A stretch of 64,000 nucleotides of DNA from a virus. Its lineage: Duplodnaviria > Caudoviricetes. Each line of letters begins with the position of its first letter. The first letter of the stretch is position 1. Below the pieces are notes generated by a model that was not told the DNA's origin, made no database searches, and was given only the letters and a program-made list of their open reading frames with translations. The position numbers were made by a program, and so were the translations under genes. Of this stretch, positions 50,419-60,033 are shown in pieces. The stretch lies in IMG/VR virus record IMGVR_UViG_3300012020_000003, positions 46,556-110,555 of that record; one strand, written 5' to 3'.

Positions 50419-50787
50419 TTACTTTTTTGTTGTTTTATTAATAGTTGTCGTTGGTTGGGATGGAGTTATTTCCACGTCAATTTGTGTTTCTTCCTTTACC
50501 GGTTCAATAACTGGAATAGATTTTGCTGTTTTAGTTTTAGCAATTTCTGGCAAACGTTTAAATGTTGGGAATCGTTTCTGCAATATTGCTACTTCAGTTT
50601 TCGCTGTGATATCTGGTACTCCAGATCTTAAAATTTCTACGTTCACATTCATAGTAATATGATTATGACTTTTTGATAAATAGGTATCCGAAAATAACTC
50701 ACTTGGATCAGTTCGGTAATCACTATCTTCTACGGCGGCAAAATAAAATTCGCCGGTTTTAAAATTTGTACATTTTATGACTTTCAT
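50419..50787 (-). CDS. Hypothetical protein
   Basis: ORF within operon. Confidence 0.55.
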   Translation of the reverse strand: MKVIKCTNFKTGEFYFAAVEDSDYRTDPSELFSDTYLSKSHNHITMNVNVEILRSGVPDITAKTEVAILQKRFPTFKRLPEIAKTKTAKSIPVIEPVKEETQIDVEITPSQPTTTINKTTKK

Positions 50788-50821
50788 ATATTCTTCTTTT
50801 AAAATAATTAGTTTAATGCTT

Positions 50822-52195
50822 TTAAAAATCCACTTTACCTGACAACGATTTATACTTATTTGCTAATTTTAGTCGTTCGTAATCTTTACTGGTGGTCATG
50901 GTATTCTGTACTTCCTTTCCTTCCTTGGTTGATTCATTATACATTTCTATAATTCCTCTATATGTATCGATTGAAACTGGCAAGGTTAACCCATCTGGTC
51001 CAAACCGGTTTTTAATAATATGTGATCTAGCTGTATTGGATGCTTTATCCTGAACTTTTCTAGATATTGACATTGCAAAGTCTGCTGTAAATATTTTTCC
51101 GAATGCTCCGGCTACTTTATCGGCCTCAAGTATATCTGAATTGTATGATTCCCGTGAACCTTGTGATGCCGACCAAATAGGAAGTTTTTCTTCTCCTGCT
51201 AATCCCCTAGCGTCTTCATAATGTGCAGTTAATGCCAGGTGGTTTTCAGAATTTACTGGCAACTTCATGATATCTAAATAATCAATTATAACCAGGTCTG
51301 GATTTCCAAATTCTGATAATCTCACTTTATTGATATAACCTTTCAACCCTGCCATCGAAAGTGACTTAGTGGGAAACCATTTAATTTTTAGTTTACCCGG
51401 CAAATTATCCATTTTTTTCTTAACAACATCAGCAGTTAAATTTATAGATGCAGTGCTTGTAAAAATTGAATCATACCGCAATCCAGTGTACAATTCATCT
51501 AATTCTAAGGTAACATGTAAAACCTTAAATCCTTGTTTAACAGCAGAAGCACCGATGTGCATCAATAACCAAGACTTTCCAGATCCAGTAGCCCCAACCA
51601 CAACGCCCAATTCACCAGCACCCAAGCCGCCTTTCATCAATTCATTAACCACTGTCCAGCCTGTAGGAATTGTATTTCTAATATTTTCAGAATACCTTCT
51701 ATTAATGGCGTCTTCCGATGTATAATCTTCTCCTAAATCGGATGATTGCCCAACCATCAATGCGTCGTCTATACACTTCTTAATCAGATGTGTTTTTCCT
51801 GCCTTTATATAATCAACAGAATCTAGTATTGCTTGTTTTAAAGCTTGGTTTGCACAAAATTGAATTGTGGTATTTTGAATAAACTCTAAATCTGTAGAAT
51901 CTGAAGATCTAGCAGAATCTCTTAGTATTGATTTAATCTCAGATTTAAGTGTATCATCCTTAGTAGTAAATTCAGATAGCTTAACCTTAAATACATCTAA
52001 GTTAGGTGGCGAATGATATTGCTTGTAATATTCTAGAATATTTTGTATCGTCCATTTAAACCCTTCTGATTCAAAATAGTCTGATTTTATAATATCGTAT
52101 GAAGTTGCAATAAAATTATTGCTAACTAATAATGATGCGATTAATTTACATTGAAAATCGTATCCATAATTACTGATTAAGTCTGTTTGCTGCAT
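50822..52195 (-). CDS. Replicative DnaB/gp41-like helicase
   Basis: IPTGW, GATGSGKS, TLEL, IIDYLD, SASQ and KNRFG motifs. Confidence 0.92.
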   Translation of the reverse strand: MQQTDLISNYGYDFQCKLIASLLVSNNFIATSYDIIKSDYFESEGFKWTIQNILEYYKQYHSPPNLDVFKVKLSEFTTKDDTLKSEIKSILRDSARSSDSTDLEFIQNTTIQFCANQALKQAILDSVDYIKAGKTHLIKKCIDDALMVGQSSDLGEDYTSEDAINRRYSENIRNTIPTGWTVVNELMKGGLGAGELGVVVGATGSGKSWLLMHIGASAVKQGFKVLHVTLELDELYTGLRYDSIFTSTASINLTADVVKKKMDNLPGKLKIKWFPTKSLSMAGLKGYINKVRLSEFGNPDLVIIDYLDIMKLPVNSENHLALTAHYEDARGLAGEEKLPIWSASQGSRESYNSDILEADKVAGAFGKIFTADFAMSISRKVQDKASNTARSHIIKNRFGPDGLTLPVSIDTYRGIIEMYNESTKEGKEVQNTMTTSKDYERLKLANKYKSLSGKVDF

Positions 52196-53228
52196 GGATT
52201 TCGATTTTTGTGAAGGCTGTATTTAGCCATTGATCCGGATCCTTAATTTGTAGGTGGAGTCTGTCTTCTACCAACATTTTTCTAAATTTTAATCGATTTA
52301 ATCGGGTCACACCGCCTTCTAATGAATCGTGTATTTTTAATTTGGCTTCACCGCTTATATCAACATCGTCTAATTGCATTAATCTAAAATTCAAATTAAT
52401 TTTATCTTCTGAATCTACGATTGTTTTGAAAATTTTCTTTTTTGATTTGTTGTCAACTTCAATTTTAGATTTTAGTAATAAATCATCGACAGTAAATTCA
52501 GTATTAACCAATTCCGGGAAAGTCTTAATAAGTGTTGCTAGACCTACTCCTTTAACTCCAGGTATATCGTCTGATGTATCTCCATCTAGTGTCCTATAGG
52601 TTATCATGTTTTCAGGAATTATTCCAAACCGTTCTTTTATTCCATTGACATCATATAGTTTTTTTTGAACTGGATTATATACATTTACATGCTCTGTAAT
52701 TAATTGAAAGAAATCCTTATCAGATGATACGATCACCGATTTGTGACTGGCGCACTTATTTTTAATTATCCAAGCAATGGTATCATCGGCCTCAACACCC
52801 GAAATCGAAAGAACATAAATCGGCAGAATATTTAGATATTCAATTATTCGTCGAAACTGTTTAATCATCGATTGTTGTTCATCTTCTAAATTTTTAAATT
52901 CGTCGAATCGGTTAAACGTTTTAATTTTTGTAGAACGGCCTGCTTTATATCCCGGAAATAATTTCTTTCTACGAGCCGAACCGCCTTTTTCGTCAAATAT
53001 AATAATTGCTCGTGTTGGCTGGAATTGACTTATAAGAAACCGAAGTGATCTAAGAAACCCTAGCAATCCACCCACATGTTCACCGTTATCATTTAACGCT
53101 GGAACGGCTGTGAACACCCGTATAAACATATTGGTACCATCGATCAGGAGAGTTTTTTCACCCCCCTGATCTGATACTCTGTCGTTGACTATGGTGTTAT
53201 AAAGATCCTTAAGATTAGTCTTGGTCAT
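52170..53228 (-). CDS. 5'-3' exonuclease / flap endonuclease (T4 RNase H-like)
   Basis: LIDG.N, YKAGR, EADD, SSDKDF and GD.SD.IPGVKGVG motifs. Confidence 0.92.
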   Translation of the reverse strand: MTKTNLKDLYNTIVNDRVSDQGGEKTLLIDGTNMFIRVFTAVPALNDNGEHVGGLLGFLRSLRFLISQFQPTRAIIIFDEKGGSARRKKLFPGYKAGRSTKIKTFNRFDEFKNLEDEQQSMIKQFRRIIEYLNILPIYVLSISGVEADDTIAWIIKNKCASHKSVIVSSDKDFFQLITEHVNVYNPVQKKLYDVNGIKERFGIIPENMITYRTLDGDTSDDIPGVKGVGLATLIKTFPELVNTEFTVDDLLLKSKIEVDNKSKKKIFKTIVDSEDKINLNFRLMQLDDVDISGEAKLKIHDSLEGGVTRLNRLKFRKMLVEDRLHLQIKDPDQWLNTAFTKIEIHAANRLNQ

Positions 53229-54519
53229 CTTCGTCTATTTCAATATCGTCAATGCCATAATCATCACCATTTTTGTATGTCATTATATACTGATCGCAGA
53301 CTTGATTATATATATGATCTTTCAGTTCTGGATTACGCATCATGATGCCTTTAAATTCCCTAGATTGAAATTTTAATTCATTAAGTTTAGCTATAGCTCC
53401 TTCAGAATCCACAATGTCCATTTCTGGAAAATTAAGTGTGTAATATGCGCCTGCCTGTCTAATTAATGAAAATTCTTTAAGGGTCGTTAACCAAGACCCA
53501 TAATTATCTACACCAGATTCATAGAATATATCAAACTTAACTTGTTTCAACGGTGGACCTAAACGGTTCTTAAAGACCTTTGCTGATGTCTTTATTCCCA
53601 CCACATTATCTACCCCATTAACTTTCTTTTTGATCTTTCCTTCGCTGGTTAATCTAATTCTAATGGTGGCGTGAAATCCTATGGCTTTACCACCTGACGT
53701 TACCCATTTTTCGGCCCCAAATCCCATTGCTCCAACATTTGCTCGTAACTGATTAGTAAATATTAAGAGAATATTTCTAGAACCTAACATCCTAGTAATT
53801 TTTCTCATGCCTTTACTCAGTATCAAGGCTTTCTGTGTAGCATATCCGTCTTTATCATATCCGGCTGCCGCTTCTATTTTTGTGGTGGTTGCCATTACGG
53901 AATCGACTACAATTGTAACCGGGATTGTTTTATCCGCGGTCCTCACTTGAACTATTATCTTTTCAATTGCCTCAAACACATCTTCGATATGATTTAATGG
54001 CACGTACATTAATTTAGAATTGTCAATCCCAATTGCCTGCATATACTCAACCGATACTGCATTCTCAGTGTCTATAAAGACAGCAATTCCACCTTGTTTT
54101 TGTGTATCCTTTAGAGCATATGCTGCTAGCAAAGATTTGCCCGTGTTGTGATTCATGAAACCATTTCCATAATAACAATGTTCGGGATGATCGACAGTTA
54201 CATCTACAATTTCTCCGAATCCAATATAATTTATAGATTTAATTTTTGAATATCCCAATTCAGTTAAAAGTAGATGTTTAGATATAATTAAATCTTGTGT
54301 CATCACCCAGCCTGAATTAGACAAAAATTTATGTTCTGCTGATACTATGATTTTAAATCCATTCTCAGTTTCAACTTCATAACTCTTTAAATTTCCCTTT
54401 TTGACATAGTCGGTGATTTGTGCATAGTTTTCATCTAACGTTTTAACTTCTACCCTTTTACCTTCGGAAAGTAAACGTTCAACTTCCGAAATTGGTATTT
54501 CCTTTTCTATGTATTTCAT
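53215..54519 (-). CDS. recA: RecA/UvsX C-terminal part fused to a 125-aa C-intein
   Basis: Hint blocks SAEH (B), VDVTV (F) and HN|T (G), then TGKS, FIDTE, VVDSV, NQLR and GGKA of RecA. Confidence 0.93.
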   Translation of the reverse strand: MKYIEKEIPISEVERLLSEGKRVEVKTLDENYAQITDYVKKGNLKSYEVETENGFKIIVSAEHKFLSNSGWVMTQDLIISKHLLLTELGYSKIKSINYIGFGEIVDVTVDHPEHCYYGNGFMNHNTGKSLLAAYALKDTQKQGGIAVFIDTENAVSVEYMQAIGIDNSKLMYVPLNHIEDVFEAIEKIIVQVRTADKTIPVTIVVDSVMATTTKIEAAAGYDKDGYATQKALILSKGMRKITRMLGSRNILLIFTNQLRANVGAMGFGAEKWVTSGGKAIGFHATIRIRLTSEGKIKKKVNGVDNVVGIKTSAKVFKNRLGPPLKQVKFDIFYESGVDNYGSWLTTLKEFSLIRQAGAYYTLNFPEMDIVDSEGAIAKLNELKFQSREFKGIMMRNPELKDHIYNQVCDQYIMTYKNGDDYGIDDIEIDEDDQD

Positions 54520-55817
54520 TTAATGTTTTTTGATAATCTGTTAATTTGTGTATCGTTCATAATGATATTACCGTTTTTTATTTCATTTAAAATGTATTCT
54601 AACTTAATCTCCGATAAATCGTATGTTTCATATGTAATATATGCAGCATTAAGATTAATTTTTTTAGCGTAATCTGTTAGAGCATTAAATTTAAGTTGGT
54701 TTATAGGTTGTTTAATTAAAGCACTTGGTTTAATTTCATAAATACATTCACCAATTACAATGTCCGGATGATAATTTTTCAGTTTTTCATCCTTAAAATA
54801 TTGAATTTTATGTTTTGATAAACAAAAAATGATGTTATTTTTAACCAAATACAAATAAACTCTTAACTCCAATGAACTTCGAAAATGTACCATTTCACCA
54901 AATGCATGTAAATGCCCCTTTATTCCAATACCTGCGTTTTTTGACGGTTCTTTACCAAACATTTTATTAAATTCTCCAGGTAAAAATCTTGATGGATTTT
55001 TTCTAAGTACACCGTAGCTGCCTTGTAATGCAGCCCAAGTATTGGGTCCGACAGTGCCAAATTTTTTGAAAAAATCTGACCTTGCTTCTGAATCTACAAT
55101 GTCCGTTCTGACGTATTTATAATATGCATTTTTCATCTTGCGAGTTAACGGATGTCTAATAATTGTTGTACCGCGAACTTTATTCGCGCCTGCAATTGAT
55201 GCGTTAATTCGATTTATTCGTTGTTTTTCCTTTGAATTGGCATCTACAATTGCTGTTAAATCTAATCTTTTTATGATGTCATGCAAATTATACAATGTTA
55301 TTCCATATTTAGAACATAATTCACCGTATATCATTCCAGATTTAACATCTAAACACAATTCATCTTTATAAGTGTATTCAAAATCATTTAAATATTGGAT
55401 TCGCTTAAGATAGAATGCATTGCGTATGTTTTGTTTTTTAAATTCTTGATTAGCAGCTTTCAATTTTCGTGTTAACCCCAAACCATCAACTATTTTATTA
55501 ACCTGACGTCTAGTTATGTCCAAAATCTTAGATATTCGTAAAGAACCACATGCCTTATTATTAAGTAACAATGTTACATTAGTGCCATAATTAAGTATAT
55601 CTTTTCTTCGAGTTTTTAAAAATTGAAGATTCAAAAGTTTAAGATTTTTGTTTGTATGAGCTATGGTGTTAGCTATAATCAAATCTCTTAAATTTGAATC
55701 TTCAATTTTATGTTTTAATGAACCTTTTCTTAATTTTAGAACGTTTTCTATATAAGATGTCCATTTCCCTTCAATTGCTAATTGTTTAACAATTGATATT
55801 TCACAATCAGTAAGCAT
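54516..55817 (-). CDS. Free-standing putative homing endonuclease (HTH/NUMOD3-like region plus TnsA-like PD-(D/E)XK domain)
   Basis: NKMFGK, FRSSLE, YHPD and EIKP motifs; very basic; sits between the split recA halves. Confidence 0.75.
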   Translation of the reverse strand: MLTDCEISIVKQLAIEGKWTSYIENVLKLRKGSLKHKIEDSNLRDLIIANTIAHTNKNLKLLNLQFLKTRRKDILNYGTNVTLLLNNKACGSLRISKILDITRRQVNKIVDGLGLTRKLKAANQEFKKQNIRNAFYLKRIQYLNDFEYTYKDELCLDVKSGMIYGELCSKYGITLYNLHDIIKRLDLTAIVDANSKEKQRINRINASIAGANKVRGTTIIRHPLTRKMKNAYYKYVRTDIVDSEARSDFFKKFGTVGPNTWAALQGSYGVLRKNPSRFLPGEFNKMFGKEPSKNAGIGIKGHLHAFGEMVHFRSSLELRVYLYLVKNNIIFCLSKHKIQYFKDEKLKNYHPDIVIGECIYEIKPSALIKQPINQLKFNALTDYAKKINLNAAYITYETYDLSEIKLEYILNEIKNGNIIMNDTQINRLSKNIK

Positions 55818-55823
55818 GCTTTT

Positions 55824-55853
55824 CCCGTCTATTTTTTAATAAATAGTTACGGG
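55824..55853 (-). promoter_or_regulatory. Hairpin over the endonuclease leader containing a putative late-promoter motif
   Basis: CCCGT-AA-CTATTT-ATTAAA-AAATAG-ACGGG ends 6 nt before the ATG; TAACTATTTAT also lies upstream of ORF 47358. Confidence 0.55.
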
Positions 55854-55859
55854 CTACAT

Positions 55860-56168
55860 TTAATCGTATATCCTAACCTTAATTAAAGTATTCGGATGGA
55901 CACATCCTTCAAGACCGGTGATTTCTACGATTCTACCAACCGGATATCCACCGCCTTTTTTATTGGCCATCGCAATATCTAATATATCAAGTCCTGACGA
56001 AACATAATCGGTTACCTTAGCAAATAACGTTGGGTCATCCAAAAAGTAGGATGCGCTTTCGCCACCGAGTTCTTTAGCAAAAGACTTGTTCAAGTCAGTT
56101 ATTAAGGAACCGATAATGTTATGCACGTCAGGGCTTTCGATTTTTGTAATCGTTTTTCCCTTAGCCAT
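55860..56168 (-). CDS. recA: RecA/UvsX N-terminal part fused to a 14-aa N-intein
   Basis: SSG..ILDIA..GGYPVGRIVEITGLEG followed by intein block A CVHPNTLIKVRIYD and a stop. Confidence 0.92.
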   Translation of the reverse strand: MAKGKTITKIESPDVHNIIGSLITDLNKSFAKELGGESASYFLDDPTLFAKVTDYVSSGLDILDIAMANKKGGGYPVGRIVEITGLEGCVHPNTLIKVRIYD

Positions 56169-56180
56169 TTAATTTAATTT

Positions 56181-56978
56181 TTATTTAAACATGTTTGCAA
56201 ATTCATCGTCTAAATCAGTTAAATTTGTTGATTTAGGAGCTGATGTTGCTGTTTTAGTAACCTGCGAAGCTGTAGATGTTGTTGTAGTTTGGTCGGTATC
56301 ATCTTCTTCTAAGACTGTATCAGTTGAACTTTCTTTTGGACCTTCTAAGAATATCTGTAATTTCCTGTCGAGTTCTTCGTAAGTCATAGTCTTAAATAAC
56401 GTTTTGACATCTGGCATTTCTTTGATCATTTCCAGCACTTCTTTAGAGTCAGTGACTTTAGATGTCGCCATTTTTGGCCGCAACGTAATTGTTGGATAAG
56501 CATCTGCACCAGCGGCTGGAGTATAATCTACACTGAAGTCTCTACCTGATTTTAAATCTGTGAAGTCTCCGAAATCTTCTTCGTTAGCAAATTTTAACAA
56601 TGCTTCATAAATAGTCTTTGAAAATCCCCAGAATTTAACGCCTTCGGTTTCTTCGCCTCTAACTAGGATTGGCGCGAACCATCTTGTAGTTGAATGAATC
56701 TTTCGGCTTGCTAAGAAGTCTTCTCTGTCGCCAGTCGATTTAAGTTTGTCTGCAAATTCGTTAATTGGGTCAGGCTTTCCAAAACTATTTGGAGATAATA
56801 CAGAACCATTAGTAATGTCATAATGGAATTGTAATTCTGTGATTGGCCATTCTGGATCGTATGCGTACGGTAAAAAACGAATGACTTGTGTGTTCTTTTT
56901 TGGTCTCCAGATGCTGTTTGAGCCCTGACTACCACCTTTAAGAGAATCTAACTTCTCTTGAATTAGTTTTAAATTCAT
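56181..56978 (-). CDS. Single-stranded DNA-binding protein (gp32-like)
   Basis: IRFLP, DPI.E, GVKFWGF, D...GRD motifs; acidic C-terminus DLDDEFANMFK. Confidence 0.85.
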   Translation of the reverse strand: MNLKLIQEKLDSLKGGSQGSNSIWRPKKNTQVIRFLPYAYDPEWPITELQFHYDITNGSVLSPNSFGKPDPINEFADKLKSTGDREDFLASRKIHSTTRWFAPILVRGEETEGVKFWGFSKTIYEALLKFANEEDFGDFTDLKSGRDFSVDYTPAAGADAYPTITLRPKMATSKVTDSKEVLEMIKEMPDVKTLFKTMTYEELDRKLQIFLEGPKESSTDTVLEEDDTDQTTTTSTASQVTKTATSAPKSTNLTDLDDEFANMFK

Positions 56979-57074
56979 AAGTGTTAAAATGTGTTTTAAG
57001 TAATAAAAATGTTTATGTGTGTAATTGTTATGTAATATACAAAAAATTATTCAATTATCCAAATTATTTGTCAA

Positions 57075-57851
57075 TTATTTTAAATTAAATATTAAATTAT
57101 TTATTTGATCTTGCCTCTTGTCAGCTCTGTTTAAATATGATTTGATTTTATTTCCAAAATTTTGCAAAGTAGTAAATATTCTATCGAAAATTCCTTCGTT
57201 TAACGTCAATGATTCTCCAACATTAACGGAGAGTCGCCTTTTAGCCCCAGCCTTTACTACGTCAGCTGATGCAATTACCGATGCTTCTTTAATTAATCCA
57301 TCAATTGTAGTTTTTAAATCAGCATTTTGTGCCAATAATAATTCCACGACCTTCTGATAATCAGTAGAAATTATATCTCCAGCTTTTGTAATTACTTTGT
57401 CTTGGTTTGTCTCAGTTAATTTACTTAATGTAAAGGAACTATTAAGACATTCGACAGTTAAAGTCATTGCCTTTTCACCATCATCAAATATATCAACTAC
57501 TTTTTCACGAATTTTATTATGTAATTCTTCTTCTTGGGCAGCGACTTGATTTTTCAGCTCGTTTAATTCGCGTTTCTTTTCTTCAAATAGTGATACTGAT
57601 TTATCCAATGCTTGCCAAGACTTGGCCAATGATGTAAAGGCAGCTGCCTTTTGGGCAGAAACTGTTGCAATAACTTTATCCTTTTTAACTTCATATGAAG
57701 CATAAGTATTATCTCTGGCTTCAACTATATAATCATTTACATTTTCAGTTTTTAATGTATGATTAATTGTTGCAATTATTTTATTATAATCTGGAGATTG
57801 TCCTGGATATAATAAATGTATATTCTCTGCTATTTTATCTATTAATTTCAT
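57075..57851 (-). CDS. Coiled-coil hypothetical protein, possibly virion-associated
   Basis: Long heptad runs; LNEGIFD motif. Confidence 0.55.
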   Translation of the reverse strand: MKLIDKIAENIHLLYPGQSPDYNKIIATINHTLKTENVNDYIVEARDNTYASYEVKKDKVIATVSAQKAAAFTSLAKSWQALDKSVSLFEEKKRELNELKNQVAAQEEELHNKIREKVVDIFDDGEKAMTLTVECLNSSFTLSKLTETNQDKVITKAGDIISTDYQKVVELLLAQNADLKTTIDGLIKEASVIASADVVKAGAKRRLSVNVGESLTLNEGIFDRIFTTLQNFGNKIKSYLNRADKRQDQINNLIFNLK

Positions 57852-57856
57852 AATTT

Positions 57857-59122
57857 TTAAGTTGTGTAATATGGAATCATCTGTCCATATGATTTGCCGT
57901 AATTGATAGTACCAACAAATTTGTCTCGATAAATAATATTTGAAATTCCTTTAATTGTTTCTGGACCATCATCTTTATTAATGTTCAGTAAAAAGGAATC
58001 ATAAGTATATAAGATTATCTTACTTTTCTTATTTAATAAATAGTTTAAAAGTTGTTTAATTGTTAATGAATTGAACTCAGTTTCGAAATTTTGTAATAAA
58101 TAATTGAACAATTTGTGTTCAGGCAAGTTTTTACCCAATCCGATGGGTCTTTGGAAAATTACAGATCTAATAAATCCGTTGAATTTATATTCATTATACA
58201 GTTTTTCCCTGTATTTTGACACTTCTTTATAAAATGGAATTTTTAAGTGCGCTTCGTCAATTGTTCCATAAACTGCCCTAAATGATATCGCTTTGGCTTC
58301 ATCATATTGTGCTTGGTTTAAAAATGCAGTTCCAAAATACTGTGATCCAAAATATTCATGTAAATTTCCTTCTGGCAACTCATAATTAATTAATTTAGAG
58401 ATCAACCTAATATGGAAAGCTGAATAGTCCCATTCCATTAATATTGAGTCGTCGTCTGGAATAATAATATTCCTGGTTCCATCACTTTTATTTAATGCAG
58501 CAAGATTAAATCCATGATCTGTATTAGATGGTCGCCCAGTTGTTGTATATAATTTATAATTTGACCATAATCGATTGGTTTTAATATGTGTTTTAACTTT
58601 AATGTGAGTTCGATCAATATTACAACCTGGCATTTCTATGGCCTTAAATACATTAAATACATTATTGTTATATTGAACAAACAAATCCTTATCAAAATTT
58701 AAATCTTTGAATTTACCGATAAATTTAAGTTTTATTTCTCTGGCATAATCCAATAATATTGTAAATGGAATAAACCGATAATCTAGTTTTCCTAGAATTT
58801 TTTTATAGAAATTAAATTTAATGGCATCAAAATTTGGAAGTTGTTCTTCGGTCAGCCACCAATAACATAATTCTAAATCGTAATTATTAGACAATTTCAT
58901 TAAATCCTGACGATACACATAACAATCACTTATTTCTGGTGTTATTTCGGTTTTTGGAAAGTCATTATGCTTGAAATTAATTATATGTTCTTTTTCAGTT
59001 AATAAATTATACGAATAATATGCTACTAGGCTTGTTTTCGTACGATCTGTTGAACTTTCATTAATGAAGGGTATAATTACATTGCCTATAGGATTAAAGT
59101 CTGTTAGATCTAAAATTTGCAT
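57857..59122 (-). CDS. Family A DNA polymerase, polymerase domain with degenerate N-terminus
   Basis: TTGRPS, motif A DYSAFHIRL, motif B K...F..VYG, NYLLQ, motif C YTYDS. Confidence 0.85.
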   Translation of the reverse strand: MQILDLTDFNPIGNVIIPFINESSTDRTKTSLVAYYSYNLLTEKEHIINFKHNDFPKTEITPEISDCYVYRQDLMKLSNNYDLELCYWWLTEEQLPNFDAIKFNFYKKILGKLDYRFIPFTILLDYAREIKLKFIGKFKDLNFDKDLFVQYNNNVFNVFKAIEMPGCNIDRTHIKVKTHIKTNRLWSNYKLYTTTGRPSNTDHGFNLAALNKSDGTRNIIIPDDDSILMEWDYSAFHIRLISKLINYELPEGNLHEYFGSQYFGTAFLNQAQYDEAKAISFRAVYGTIDEAHLKIPFYKEVSKYREKLYNEYKFNGFIRSVIFQRPIGLGKNLPEHKLFNYLLQNFETEFNSLTIKQLLNYLLNKKSKIILYTYDSFLLNINKDDGPETIKGISNIIYRDKFVGTINYGKSYGQMIPYYTT

Positions 59123-59349
59123 TAGTGTTTTTTAGACCAAAATCTTAATTCAGGATGACTGTAAAAATATTCAGCTTTAAATCTGTCAAGTTCATATTCG
59201 GCTACATACTTCATAATGACGTCGAAATCACCATTGATCTCAGATCTACATATTGCCACTAAATATTTTGTGTCTCTACAGACGGACCCGTATAAAGTCG
59301 GGGATGGTGTGATGGTGGTTGATGGAAGCTCAAAATTTGGTGTATTCAT
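59122..59349 (-). CDS. Hypothetical protein, paralog 1
   Basis: MNTPNFE...AE..DRFK.EY...EL..W. Confidence 0.65.
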   Translation of the reverse strand: MNTPNFELPSTTITPSPTLYGSVCRDTKYLVAICRSEINGDFDVIMKYVAEYELDRFKAEYFYSHPELRFWSKKH

Positions 59350-59736
59350 ATTTATTTATGTTGTTCAACAATATACAAAAAATATTTCACATTTCCAAAT
59401 TTTTATCTGGTAAATTCAAAAATATTTTGCAGATATAAATTATACGAATAATATGCTACTAGGCTTATTTTGGTAGACTCTGTCGTACTTTTATTGATAA
59501 AAGGTAAATTATGTTACCTGTTTCATTTAAGTCCGTTAGATCTAAAATTTGAAGCATGTTAGATAAGATGAATTTCGAATATGGTTCTACATCCCGTATG
59601 AGTTTTTACTATGTTGCTTATTATTTCCGGGTGCGATGCTGCCCATATTTCTATGTCACACCCAGAACTAAAATCATCTAATAGGTTTGTAAGATTTCTC
59701 TGAAATTGATAGTCTTTAATTAAATTGCAGACAAAA

Positions 59737-59976
59737 TTATATATCATTTTTCTTCCATAATTTAAGTTCGTTATTAATATAGGTATATTCATGTTTAAAT
59801 CGATCTATGTCAACTTCTGCTAAGAATTTAAAATCTATATCAAATGTTTCAGGGTCAGGGTTTTCCCTGTCAATTAAAACAGTGTAAAATCTTTCACCTG
59901 TTGTTATTTTACGATATAGCGTATCAATTTCCTTGTTGGCTGTACCATTAGACATTTCAAAATTTGGTGTATTCAT
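59737..59976 (-). CDS. Hypothetical protein, paralog 2
   Basis: Same motifs as the ORF at 59122. Confidence 0.65.
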   Translation of the reverse strand: MNTPNFEMSNGTANKEIDTLYRKITTGERFYTVLIDRENPDPETFDIDFKFLAEVDIDRFKHEYTYINNELKLWKKNDI

Positions 59977-60033
59977 ATTCTTCTTTGTTATTTTTCAACA
60001 ATATACAAAATTTATTTCACATTTCCAAACTTT

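Noticed and set aside
54516-55859. Group I intron interrupting recA
   Set aside because: Only 42 non-coding nt lie upstream of the nuclease and none downstream, too little for a ribozyme core. Intein motifs fully explain the break.
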